This document shows, in pieces, positions 26,748 to 37,672 of a DNA stretch of 64,000 nt (position 1 is the stretch's first letter; each line of letters opens with the position of its first letter). Made by a program: the position numbers and the translations under genes. The notes under the pieces are model-generated. The model was not told the DNA's origin. It made no database searches and saw only the letters and a program-made list of their open reading frames with translations. Source of the DNA: Candidatus Hodarchaeota archaeon. Its GTDB lineage: Archaea > Asgardarchaeota > Heimdallarchaeia > Hodarchaeales > Hodarchaeaceae. Location: contig JAHQWW010000002.1 of the NCBI GenBank assembly GCA_029856365.1, positions 64,638 to 128,637 on the forward strand. The letters are read 5' to 3'.

Positions 26748-29282
26748 GTGTTAAGGAATAGAAACAGCTTTTCACAAATTTGTTTTTCTTTTACTGTTTT
26801 ATTGTGGTATCTGGGTATCAGTGTTTCTCCAGTCCAATTTAGTTTATCAGACTCGTTTGTTTTAACAAACATAACAATACCCCAGAGTTACACTGGGCAT
26901 GACCCCATTAATATTACCAATGATGCTCAACTAGCTGTTATAGCGAATAATGGTACGGGAACGACTAATGATCCATATATTATAGCTAATTGGATTATAG
27001 ATGCTTTTTCAAATTATGGAATTTACATCACGGGGACAACGAAACATTTTAGAATAGAAAATTGTTGGATTCGCTATTCTATTCTTTCTGGTATATATGT
27101 AAATGATGTTACCCCAAGAACAGCTACTATTAGCAACAATACCTGTATTAGCAATGATTATCATGGCATCTACTTTAGGTATTCTGCTAATTCGACAATA
27201 GTTAACAATATCTGTACCAATAATGATAGGATTGGTATCTTCATATATCATTCTAGGTCTTCAATTTTAGCCAACAACACCTGTGTCAGCAATAATGGGC
27301 TTGGTATCTCTCTTTACGAAAGTATTTCTTCGACAGTAGCTAACAACATCTGTATTGATAATGGTGAGGATGGTATTGGCCTTGGGGAGTCTGATTCTTC
27401 AATTATAGCCAACAACACTTGTACCAGCAATACTGGGCCTGGTATCTCCCTTTATGAAAGTATTGCTTCGATAGTAGCTAACAACACCTGTACCAGCAAT
27501 ACAAAGCCTGGTATCTCCCTTGAGTATTCTGCTTCTTCGATGATAGCTAATAACATCTGTACCGGCAATGAAGAGGATGGTATCTATATCTATCATTCTA
27601 GTTCTTCAACTATAGCCAACAGCACCTGCACCACCAATAATGGACCTGGCATCTCCCTTCACGGCAGTAGTTCTTCGAGGGTAGCCAATAACACCTGTAC
27701 TAACACTGGAGGGGATGGCATCTATATCTATCATTCTAGTTTTTCGATTATAGCCAACAACACTTGTACCAGCAATGGAGGAATTGGCATCTTCCTTCAC
27801 GGCAGTAGTTCTTCGAGGGTAGCCAATAACACCTGTACCAGCAATGTAGGGGATGGCATCTATGTGTATCATTCTACTTCTTTGACTATAGTCAACAGCA
27901 CCTGTACCAACAATGGAAGAGTTGGAGTCTCCTTTCACGGAAGCAGTTCTTCGACGGTAGTCAATAACACATGTGCCAACAATGGAGGAGCTGCTATCTC
28001 TCTTAGAATTTCTGGTTCTTCAAAAGTAGTCAATAACACCTGTACCAGCAATGAAGAGGATGGTATCTATATCTATTATTCTAGTTCTTCGAGTATAACC
28101 AACAACACTTGTACCAGCAATACTGGGCCTGGCATCTCTATTTACGGAAGTAATTATTCAATAATAGATAACAACATCTGTACCAGCAATGGTGAAGATG
28201 GCATTGACCTTAGGAAATCTGATTTTTCAACTATAGCTAAGAACACCTGTACCAACAATAATGGGTCGGGCATGTACCTTTACGAAAGCAGTTCTTTGAC
28301 CTTAGTCAATAACACTTTTTTTGATGATGGGGTTGTTTTTTGGCAGTTCTCCAAAGTGGAAATATTTTCGTGTACAGTTGAGAATAACATAGTTAATGAA
28401 CTCCCTCTAGTTTTTTTGGAGAATATAACTGATAGGACGATTACTGAGACATGTGGACAGCTTATTCTAGTAAATTGTAACAATACGATCGTGAAAAACC
28501 AAAACTATACTCATACTTCTATAGGAATAGCTCTATATTATTGTGATAAGAACCAATTGGTCAATAACATTTGTAACAAGAATAATGAGTATGGTATTTA
28601 CCTTAGTTATACTACTTCTTCTATTGTAGCTAACAACACCTGTACCAGCAATGGAGAAAATGGCATCGACCTTGAGTATTCTAGTTCTTCAACTATAATT
28701 AATAACATCTGTACTAACAATGGCAAGAATGGCATTACCCTTTATGAAAGTAGTTCTTCAACAGTAGCAAACAACATCTGCACCATCAATTCCAAGGATG
28801 GTATCGCCCTTAGGGGTTCTGAATCTTTGATAGTAGCCAATAATACCTGTACCAGTAATAATGAGAATGGTATTTCCCTTGATTATTCTGATTACAACTT
28901 TATTGTTTGGAATACGTTTTTTGGGAATGGAGATTACGGGATAGAATTAATTAATGATTCAGACAATAATTTCATCCATCATAATTCTTTTATCGCGAAT
29001 AGACAGAATAGAAAATCACAAGCTTATGATGATGGCACAAACAATCAATGGTATGATGAAACAGTTTTGGAAGGAAATAGCTGGTCAGATTACAATGGTA
29101 CAGGTGGATATTTAATAGCTGGTCCAGCTCATGCTAGTGATCCCTATCCCTCTATGGCTGGTGCAACAGATCCTAGTAGCTTTTCTTTACCACAGGTTTT
29201 CTATCGAATTGGATTATTTATATTCGTCCTTGGATTATTATTCTTATTATTATTCGTAAACAGACTTAATAAGTCAGTATAA
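26748..29282 (+). CDS. Giant right-handed parallel beta-helix (PbH1/NosD-like) surface protein with C-terminal TM anchor
   Basis: There are >25 consecutive ~22-23-aa units of the form ANNTCTSN.(E/G)DGI.(L/I).(H/E)SSSS.(I/V). N-terminal signal, C-terminal hydrophobic helix (IGLFIFVLGLLFLLLFV) + NRLNK. Confidence 0.8.
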   Translation: MLRNRNSFSQICFSFTVLLWYLGISVSPVQFSLSDSFVLTNITIPQSYTGHDPINITNDAQLAVIANNGTGTTNDPYIIANWIIDAFSNYGIYITGTTKHFRIENCWIRYSILSGIYVNDVTPRTATISNNTCISNDYHGIYFRYSANSTIVNNICTNNDRIGIFIYHSRSSILANNTCVSNNGLGISLYESISSTVANNICIDNGEDGIGLGESDSSIIANNTCTSNTGPGISLYESIASIVANNTCTSNTKPGISLEYSASSMIANNICTGNEEDGIYIYHSSSSTIANSTCTTNNGPGISLHGSSSSRVANNTCTNTGGDGIYIYHSSFSIIANNTCTSNGGIGIFLHGSSSSRVANNTCTSNVGDGIYVYHSTSLTIVNSTCTNNGRVGVSFHGSSSSTVVNNTCANNGGAAISLRISGSSKVVNNTCTSNEEDGIYIYYSSSSSITNNTCTSNTGPGISIYGSNYSIIDNNICTSNGEDGIDLRKSDFSTIAKNTCTNNNGSGMYLYESSSLTLVNNTFFDDGVVFWQFSKVEIFSCTVENNIVNELPLVFLENITDRTITETCGQLILVNCNNTIVKNQNYTHTSIGIALYYCDKNQLVNNICNKNNEYGIYLSYTTSSIVANNTCTSNGENGIDLEYSSSSTIINNICTNNGKNGITLYESSSSTVANNICTINSKDGIALRGSESLIVANNTCTSNNENGISLDYSDYNFIVWNTFFGNGDYGIELINDSDNNFIHHNSFIANRQNRKSQAYDDGTNNQWYDETVLEGNSWSDYNGTGGYLIAGPAHASDPYPSMAGATDPSSFSLPQVFYRIGLFIFVLGLLFLLLFVNRLNKSV

Positions 29283-29396
29283 ATATGTGTTGTTTCTATC
29301 TTGTCGAAGTGACCCCAACCTCCAATTAATACTTATATGACATCCAAGAATTTTCAATAACAACGAATTTTACCGTTACTCCATTTATCACCGAAG

Positions 29397-29855
29397 TTAG
29401 CTAGCCACTGCCAAATATCTGTCTAAAATCCACCACACGATAAAAAATACACCAAAAATTATCCAATCAATAATCCAGAATAGTGGAATCGGAAAATTAA
29501 TTTGAAAAAGATCCCATAAAGGAGTCCAGACTGGATCACCAAATTTCCAGGTGCCTTGAAAAAGCGCTTTAGTCAACCAATGTCCAATATCTTGAAAAAA
29601 TTGGATCAAAAAAGAGCCACCAATCGTCAACAACCAGTCAGTTTTCTCTCGTGTGAGGAATGGAACAATTGATAACATCAAAAAGATAAAAAACGCGTAA
29701 ATCATCCAATAAAACGGAAAGTTATGTAGTTCATAGTCCAAATAATAGACAAATGCCTGTGCTTCAATTCCTCCAAGTAATAAAGCAATTAAAACAGCCC
29801 AAAGGATAATTATGGCTTTATCATATCTATCTAAGTCGATACGACGATTTTCCAT
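29397..29855 (-). CDS. Hypothetical 4-TM membrane protein (Trp/Phe-rich)
   Basis: 152-aa ORF with four hydrophobic segments. No family was recognised. Confidence 0.45.
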   Translation of the reverse strand: MENRRIDLDRYDKAIIILWAVLIALLLGGIEAQAFVYYLDYELHNFPFYWMIYAFFIFLMLSIVPFLTREKTDWLLTIGGSFLIQFFQDIGHWLTKALFQGTWKFGDPVWTPLWDLFQINFPIPLFWIIDWIIFGVFFIVWWILDRYLAVAS

Positions 29856-30016
29856 TTAAGTTCAACCAGAATTTATCAAACAGTTATCTGTTTAATCAAA
29901 TGTTTATAACTTTGATTGAGTATCAGAATGTATCTAACGTATCAATTTAAGTAGAAGTGGCAATTATAGAAACTAGGACATAATCAATGTAAAACAACAT
30001 CATACATATTAATAGA

Positions 30017-30050
30017 AAAATTCTGTGAAAAACTCTCTCCTCACGAGACC
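30017..30050. repeat. 34-nt conserved intergenic motif, copy B
   Basis: aaaattctgtgaaaaactctctcctcacgagacc matches 16389-16422 at 29/34 positions. Confidence 0.5.
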
Positions 30051-30227
30051 CACACTTTAAACAGTCTTCTTACAAAATAAAACTGGGATAAAATACATAA
30101 AAACTGAAAAAAACCAAGTAGTAGAGGAAAAAGTAAGTTGATATTCGGGGAACTTCTTTAGTTCGCTTTTTCAACTTGATGGTCATAATCTGGAAATAAT
30201 TAATTTGACTTCGGAAACTGAGTTAAA

Positions 30228-30560
30228 ATGTTAGTTCATGAAAAGGAAGAGAAAACACTTTTCCAAATATCCGAAGATGATTCTGGTGAACTTGAACCCT
30301 ATAAAAGCTCCTCTCGCTTATTAAAGAAGGACTCTGTTTATGTTTTACTGGATAACACACTGAAAAAGATTTTTCTATGGATTGGACAATCAGCTAATGT
30401 TCGTTCAAGGTTTATCGCATCTACAGCAGCCCAGAAATTGCGGAATATGACAGGTTTAACCTATCGAGTAATCACTATTGATCAAGGAGGAGAATCAAAG
30501 GAATTTATGAAAGCCTTATCACCAATGACTATTCCTGGGATTCTTGAGAGAATTGTTTGA
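30228..30560 (+). CDS. Single-domain gelsolin/villin-like protein
   Basis: LLKKDSVYVLLDNTLKKIFLWIGQSANVRSRFIASTAAQKL...YRVITIDQGGESKEFMKAL follows the gelsolin-repeat pattern (L.s.D.fiLD.g..iy.W.G..s...e...a...a..l ... v.eg.Es.eF...l). 110 aa. Confidence 0.65.
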   Translation: MLVHEKEEKTLFQISEDDSGELEPYKSSSRLLKKDSVYVLLDNTLKKIFLWIGQSANVRSRFIASTAAQKLRNMTGLTYRVITIDQGGESKEFMKALSPMTIPGILERIV

Positions 30561-30583
30561 TAACTTTACAATTTCTTCTTTAA

Positions 30584-30635
30584 CCAACGTTTAATATGTG
30601 AAAAGTTTTACATTCGCTTTATAGCGCTCTTGAGC
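30584..30635 (+). repeat. 61-nt intergenic repeat family, copy 2
   Basis: ccaacgtttaatatgtgaaaagttttacattcgctttatagcgctcttgagc is collinear with copies 1, 3 and 4. Confidence 0.55.
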
Positions 30636-30813
30636 TAATATAGTCCAAATGTTATTTATCCTTAGGTTCAAGATAGAGATCATTCCCTTTCAAATGTATA
30701 TCTTGTACCTTCATCTCTGCGTATTTGTTTGCCCTTAATCCGTAATTCTCTCCAACCCAAAAGATAGTTCTCAATATAGGGTTGTTTACTTGTTACTTTA
30801 TTGAAACCAAACT

Positions 30814-31176
30814 TCATCGTCTCTCTGTTACAGCTTTTAGTCGTTCATACGTATCAGAACTCTTTGAAAATGGACATATCTTCACACACGGAGCACCCAA
30901 AGTACTGTGCAAAGCATTCGAAGCAATCCTGTTGAGAGAGATTGAAAGAAGGCGTCTAATAGGCAATTTATGCCTTATTTCGATACCATCTCGCTCTTGA
31001 AAGAGATTCAACATCTCGAGAGATATCTCAAACCTTTTAGGAGAATCTGATCTAGGATGAAGAATCCCAGACATCTCAAGCAGCGATCTCTGCTTCGCTA
31101 TCATTCGTTTGACTCTAGGTATACCGAATCTCATGACGAAAGTTTTCATGAACCTGTGCTTTATTCCCATTTCCAT
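30814..31176 (-). pseudogene. Possible decayed recombinase/integrase-like fragment
   Basis: 120-aa ORF with weak resemblance to a tyrosine-recombinase C-terminal region (IKHRFMKTFVMRFG ... GILHPRSDSPKRFEISL versus H.LRHTFat ... lGH.s...T..Y). It lies between two direct copies of the repeat family. The support is very weak. Confidence 0.2.
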
Positions 31177-31302
31177 CTTCTCTCAAACGAAATTCACCCA
31201 TCGCTTAAATAGGTGACAGAACAATTCCACAATATATGCATTTTAACGAATTTACTAACCAATACGGGGTAAGGTTCAAATAAATAACAGCTGTGCAGCT
31301 TT

Positions 31303-31348
31303 CCAACGTTTAACTTATGAAAAACTTCACGTTGCTTTATCTAAAAAG
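31303..31348 (+). repeat. 61-nt intergenic repeat family, copy 3
   Basis: ccaacgtttaacttatgaaaaacttcacgttgctttatctaaaaag has the same orientation as copy 2, 719 nt upstream. Confidence 0.55.
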
Positions 31349-31508
31349 AATATAGTTTCTTTATTCTCGCTTTTATTCGGGGTTTTGCTTATGAAATGGA
31401 GAGAAAATTAGCCAATTAGTTTAGTAAAATATAAAATTCAAAGAAAAGTGTTAAATAATTCATATAAAAGAACTGGGATCATTTTAAGAATATTATGGAG
31501 ATATTTTT

Positions 31509-32018
31509 ATGAATATATTAGAGATAACAGGAATAGAACAATTATTTTTAGGCTTGTACCTAATAGCACACGGTTTAATACATTTAATTTTCCTGATATA
31601 TAGTTATGACAAAAAAAGTAATGTTTATACCGGATGGTCAGGACGATCTTGGCTCTTAGACAAAGTAATACCCCTAAAATTAACTACTTATATTGGAAAA
31701 ATTACTTGGGTTCTTATTATGATTTTATTCGTCTTGAGTGGATTATCTGTTCTCGATTTATTGGCCATAAATGACTATTTAACACCATTGATAATCATTT
31801 CTTCGGCTATTGCTACTTTAGCCTTTATTATATTCTACGATGGGCTATCTCCAACACCTTATCATTGGATACTTGGAGTAGTAATTGATTTGGTCTTAAT
31901 TGCCTTTGTAATCGTCTTTCCGAATGATATCTCGTTATTATTGCCTATCTTGATACTCATATGGTTGTATGGAATGTTCTTCCATACAAAAATTATACCA
32001 AAAACAACAGCTCCTTAG
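31509..32018 (+). CDS. Hypothetical 5-TM membrane protein
   Basis: 169-aa hydrophobic ORF. No family was recognised. Confidence 0.5.
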   Translation: MNILEITGIEQLFLGLYLIAHGLIHLIFLIYSYDKKSNVYTGWSGRSWLLDKVIPLKLTTYIGKITWVLIMILFVLSGLSVLDLLAINDYLTPLIIISSAIATLAFIIFYDGLSPTPYHWILGVVIDLVLIAFVIVFPNDISLLLPILILIWLYGMFFHTKIIPKTTAP

Positions 32019-32331
32019 TCTTCAAAATTTTCAAGCACTTGAAAACACTTGCCTATATTAAGTTTTTAATTTAACTAAGGTCATATTCCATTTTCTGTAC
32101 GTTTTTACGTAAGTATAGTGATATATCTAACGTACTATCCCTAAATGTATACACCGAGTTTAAAAAGCTCGATCGGAATATATAAACCCGAAATTTCGTG
32201 GTGTAGACAAGTGTTGAAAACTCTTGCTCATTAAGACAGTGAAATTTTAATTGTAAAATGAATTAGAAAAAAGGAAAAGGGAAGAAGAAAAAAGTCGGAA
32301 ATTTGTGTTTATTAGATGAAGACGAAGCAAT

Positions 32332-34065
32332 TTAGGCGATATCTCTTGTCGGGATCCACTTTGTGGTCACAGCAATGAAGAATGCGGTAATAACTGCTCC
32401 GAAAACGATTAATTCTGGAATTACTTTCTCAAAGGAAATGTCTTGCAGAAAAATTCCTGCCACATCAAAATAATAAAAGGGGGTAAGGTAGAGTAACCAT
32501 GACAAATCTTGATTCAGGATAGAAATCATTGGTATGAAAACTGCTATGAGAAAAACGCTAAGAAGTGCTACCAAAAGGTATTTGGGACGGGGAATGGAAG
32601 CTAACGCCACAAAGAGAACGAGAAAAAGACTGTACCCAATTCCGAGAAAGATAAAGGTTAAAACAGTAGCCCCAAAGTCTGACAACACAACATCTGCATA
32701 TGTTCCAAGAACAATTTGGCTAGCGTAAAGCACCACAAAATTAGCAAGCATAATTATCCAGAGGTACACAAGAGCTGCAATTGTCCTTTCCATAATGATA
32801 CGGGTACGAGTTCGAGGCATAGACCAAGTGATTTCGTCATATCCAGCATTACGATCACGCATAATAATAGTGTAGGTTCCAATGAAGAGAAAAGGACCGT
32901 AGTATATCCAATGAAATGCCATGATTTTGTATAGTAAGAATCCTTCCAAAGTCGCAGTCAAGCTATGTCCAAACAGAAAAGCTGCTATGATAGGAGATTC
33001 AAATACTATATCCAAATCAGAAATTACAACCTCCATCGCTGCATCTCCAGGATACACAATAACTACAATCGCTAGTAGCATGCTCGTTACAACTAAATAT
33101 ATCAGGAATAATCCAGCTGAGGACTGGAGATGATCTCGAAAAGCGGGATAGTTCCAACCTGTTCGTGAGAGAATCGACTCAATAGGAGTTCGTACGAATT
33201 TACGAATGAAGGAAAATCTAGCCATTATTTTCCGTTTTCCATGATCATTTTCTTCTTCAACCGTTTCTTGATAAGCTGACCGTGTTTTAATGTGATCTAT
33301 TCGATATAAGAAGAAAATTGTCAAGACTATGAGAAGTATCACTAGAAAAAGGCATCTGAGGATGAATTCTTCATTCCACGTTCCATTTAAGGCGTGTTCA
33401 ATAGCGCCAATTTGTGTCATTAGGTTGATATCCTTCACGAAATCAATTTCCTGTTGAAGTAAGTCCAAAGTAAACGAAACTATAAAAAAAAGACCGCCTA
33501 AAGCATAACCGGTTCTTGTGGAAGACGAAATCGCACAACCCAAACTCGTTACCGTTGTTACAACGAATGCAAAAAAAAGGGGAAGGATAAATGCTATCGT
33601 AAAAGAAGACACGCCACCTCCACCTGATAACAGCGATCCTACTCCTACGAGATACGCAGGTAACACGACAAGCGGAATTAAGACAATAACAAGCAATAAA
33701 TTCTCCAAAAAATATCTGAGTGGGGACTTTTCAGTACTAAAAATGAGTTCTTTCCCATCTCGTTCGTCCCATGGCAATATCCGAGCACCAAAAAAGATTC
33801 CTATTACAGGGTAGATAATGTTGGCGAATATAGAAAACAGCAATAGAAACCAGAAGAGTAGACCGGGATTGTCAACATCAGGTATCGATCCAATAAGAGC
33901 CTGAATAACAGGTATTTCGAAAAAAGTTCCGAAGAACTCTGGACCAGGGTAGATTATACCAAATGCGGCCACGATTACCGCCAAGACTATAGCTGCTAAC
34001 AAAGCAAAAGTCCTATGCCTTTTCAAATCGAGCCAATAGCGCCGAACTGTGAATTGAACTATCAT
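32332..34065 (-). CDS. ABC-2-type transporter permease (12 predicted TM, duplicated 6-TM architecture)
   Basis: 577-aa polytopic protein that overlaps the upstream ATPase gene by 4 nt. Confidence 0.7.
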   Translation of the reverse strand: MIVQFTVRRYWLDLKRHRTFALLAAIVLAVIVAAFGIIYPGPEFFGTFFEIPVIQALIGSIPDVDNPGLLFWFLLLFSIFANIIYPVIGIFFGARILPWDERDGKELIFSTEKSPLRYFLENLLLVIVLIPLVVLPAYLVGVGSLLSGGGGVSSFTIAFILPLFFAFVVTTVTSLGCAISSSTRTGYALGGLFFIVSFTLDLLQQEIDFVKDINLMTQIGAIEHALNGTWNEEFILRCLFLVILLIVLTIFFLYRIDHIKTRSAYQETVEEENDHGKRKIMARFSFIRKFVRTPIESILSRTGWNYPAFRDHLQSSAGLFLIYLVVTSMLLAIVVIVYPGDAAMEVVISDLDIVFESPIIAAFLFGHSLTATLEGFLLYKIMAFHWIYYGPFLFIGTYTIIMRDRNAGYDEITWSMPRTRTRIIMERTIAALVYLWIIMLANFVVLYASQIVLGTYADVVLSDFGATVLTFIFLGIGYSLFLVLFVALASIPRPKYLLVALLSVFLIAVFIPMISILNQDLSWLLYLTPFYYFDVAGIFLQDISFEKVIPELIVFGAVITAFFIAVTTKWIPTRDIA

Positions 34066-34994
34066 TCCATGTTCACCTTTGTTTTTCCTTCGTAGAATTG
34101 CAGGAAGAACTCTTCAAGGCTCGCAGGAGGATAGATAAGTTCTTCAGGATCCATAGCTAAAAGAATACCAATATTGTCTTTAATCGAATCCTCCATCCGA
34201 ATTAACAATCTAACGAAATTATCTTCTTTTCGAAACTCTAAAAGACGATCACCAAATTCAATCAGGCGTGCTTCATCTGGACTTCGAAGACGTGCCTCCA
34301 AGATACGGGGAACATCCTTATTAAGATCCTCAATCTCCTCGATACTAATTAGAAAGCCATCGTTAACTATACCAACACGATCACATACCCGTTGAACTTC
34401 TTCAAGATTATGAGAACTCATAAAGAGTGTTTTTCCTTCCTTCTTCGATTCTAAAAGGAGTTTAAACACTACCTGTTGGAGCAAAGGATCTAATCCCGCT
34501 GTTGGTTCATCCATGATTAATACTTCAGGATCATTCATAAAAGCTGCAACAATACCGACTTTCTGTTTATTTCCTTTTGACAAGGCACCGATTTTCTTCT
34601 TGAGGTTCGAATTGAGATCGAATCGGTCTATGATTTCTTGTCGTCGTGTCGATGGTTTGGTGCGCATGGCTTCTATATAGCTTAAGAATTCATTAACTGT
34701 ATAATATTCGGGTAAGGCCAATTCGCCGGGGATATACCCTATCTTCTCTCGTAACCTTGAATTTCCCCGTGAAACTAACTCACCTGAAATTTTTATTTCT
34801 CCTTTAGTAGGCAAGAGTGTATTCATCATGCAGCGTATAGTTGTCGTTTTCCCTGCTCCATTAGGACCAAGAAAACCAAATATTTCACCAGTTTGAACCT
34901 CGAGATCTAAATCCTCTATCCCGCGAGTGGAACCGTAGTATTTCGTTAAACCTTTAATTTCTATCTTAATCTCTTGAGGCAATTCTTTCACCAA
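34062..34994 (-). CDS. ABC transporter ATP-binding protein (ABC-2/CcmA-like exporter type)
   Basis: Walker A GPNGAGKTT, Q-loop, signature LSKGNKQKV, Walker B LIMDEPTAGLD, H-loop SSHNL. Confidence 0.9.
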   Translation of the reverse strand: MVKELPQEIKIEIKGLTKYYGSTRGIEDLDLEVQTGEIFGFLGPNGAGKTTTIRCMMNTLLPTKGEIKISGELVSRGNSRLREKIGYIPGELALPEYYTVNEFLSYIEAMRTKPSTRRQEIIDRFDLNSNLKKKIGALSKGNKQKVGIVAAFMNDPEVLIMDEPTAGLDPLLQQVVFKLLLESKKEGKTLFMSSHNLEEVQRVCDRVGIVNDGFLISIEEIEDLNKDVPRILEARLRSPDEARLIEFGDRLLEFRKEDNFVRLLIRMEDSIKDNIGILLAMDPEELIYPPASLEEFFLQFYEGKTKVNME

Positions 34995-35466
34995 ATTCTA
35001 AGGGGAAAAAATCATATTCTATATTGTTTATTACTGAAAAAAATTTATTGAAGCACTTTTGGGCCCTATATTACCAAGTATTATTTCTAATATTGAATTT
35101 ACGACTAAAAAATTAAATTGATATATGAACATCCTTTGATCAGTATTTAAATATTCCCATGTAAAACACCGTAAAAATAAATAAGCAGAGAATTTTACAG
35201 ATAAGAACGAGCTATCTCCCAATAAACTGACTTTCAAAAGATTTTGAGTGATTGCTAAAAGATCATTCCGCTCTTTCCCTAGTCTTTGAAAAGTAGCAAT
35301 ATCATTTAATGATTATTATGTTATTCTCACTCCTCTTCATCATCCTCTTTTCATTAGATGATTTTACTGAAGGATCATTTCTTGGAATAATAACTATTAT
35401 TTTGATCTTTACCGCTTTTGGCCTCCCGAGAATAAAACTAGTCGGTCATTCAACTGAAAAACTTAT

Positions 35467-35503
35467 CCAATGAAATATTACTTTTTATATAACGTTTTAT
35501 ATA
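35467..35503. repeat. 37-nt direct repeat, left copy, flanking the RelE-type TA cassette
   Basis: ccaatgaaatattactttttatataacgttttatata versus 36188-36224 ccaacgatatattactttttatataacgttttatata (35/37 identical). Confidence 0.8.
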
Positions 35504-35578
35504 AAAAACTAGTTATACCCAACGATATGTGCTTATTCCATCTGTTTTCAATAAAAAAGGTGATTAGGAAGATTATCG

Positions 35579-35848
35579 TCATAAATCTCTATAAATTTTT
35601 GCTCTTTTATCAATTTTTAATATAAAAATTTCATTTGTCTTTGGTATTAATTCAATTATTATTCGAATAGCCCCTAATCTGATCCTGTAAGTCTTCTCCA
35701 AACCTTTGATCTTCGCAATATCATAATTATGTAAAGGGAGAGGATCTTCCATTAAGAGTTCAAATAGTTCATCAAGGCGTTTTCGTAAGTTATCATCACA
35801 TGTCGATAGGAATTTTTTTGCCTGTTTACTTAAGAAAATGGAATACAT
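35579..35848 (-). CDS. RelE/ParE-superfamily toxin
   Basis: 89 aa. The pattern SKQAKKFL...D..LRKRL...L..L..DP.....DI.K.KG....YRIRLGAIRIIIELIPKTNEIFILKIDKRAKIYR is the classic RelE/StbE layout. Confidence 0.75.
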   Translation of the reverse strand: MYSIFLSKQAKKFLSTCDDNLRKRLDELFELLMEDPLPLHNYDIAKIKGLEKTYRIRLGAIRIIIELIPKTNEIFILKIDKRAKIYRDL

Positions 35849-35863
35849 ACTGTTATTGAACCC

Positions 35864-36046
35864 TCATGCCCTTTTCCAAAGTATTTTTTCACCATCGGCC
35901 ATTCGTTTACTAATCTGCTTAAGCTCTTGAATTTCTGAATTAGATAATTCTTCTTCAGGCAAGGTAATGAGGAGTTCTAATCGTTCAACCTTTTTCTTAA
36001 GCTCTAATAATTCCTTATAAATTGTTTCAAGAGTTATGGTTGCCAT
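35864..36046 (-). CDS. Putative cognate antitoxin (small coiled-coil protein)
   Basis: Lies 15 nt upstream of the toxin on the same strand. The ATG at 36046 is preferred over the TTG at 36067. No DNA-binding motif was recognised with certainty. Confidence 0.5.
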   Translation of the reverse strand: MATITLETIYKELLELKKKVERLELLITLPEEELSNSEIQELKQISKRMADGEKILWKRA

Positions 36047-36187
36047 CTTTGCCACTTTATTCAACAAACTTAGTTCATGAAAGATTTACTCTTATTATCT
36101 TATAAATTCTTGGATAAAATTTGCATTAAGTTCTGAAACAATTTTTCTAGATTATTTCATAGAATATAAGGAGGTTCGTGTGTAATA

Positions 36188-37424
<1,237 letters not shown>

Positions 37425-37672
37425 TGTAAGAAAAAAAATGATCGATTTTGTTCAAGAATTTGAATTATTCTTTGAAAAAATACCAGAAGACAATTTTATT
37501 AACGAAATAGCTTTTTCACCAACCAGACAGATTGTAAATAGAATATTTTTAGAATAATTTCTTGAATTCCGAAAAAAAGTGATATAGGAATAGTTTCCAA
37601 ATTAGTATAGCTATAGAAACATTAATTAATGAATTACTTAACTAATTAATGAATAGAAACTTATCATTTTAC

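Noticed and set aside
27009-27938. Three minus-strand ORFs (27009-27251, 27399-27596, 27606-27938) plus 28280-28483 inside the beta-helix gene
   Set aside because: They lie antisense to a strongly supported 844-aa repeat protein. Their own repetitive, Gly/Thr/Ile-rich translations simply mirror the sense-strand repeats. No start context or motifs were seen.
27090-28900. Regular 66-69-nt periodic DNA repeats that could be mistaken for a CRISPR array
   Set aside because: The repeats are contiguous with no unique spacers, are in frame within one long ORF, and encode the 22-23-aa beta-helix coil. No cas genes or leader are present.
32534-33814. Four plus-strand ORFs (32534-32728, 32716-32934, 32921-33133, 33518-33814) opposite the ABC permease gene
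   Set aside because: They are antisense shadows of a 577-aa polytopic permease. Their translations are low-complexity (Lys/Arg/Thr/Ser-rich) with no motifs.
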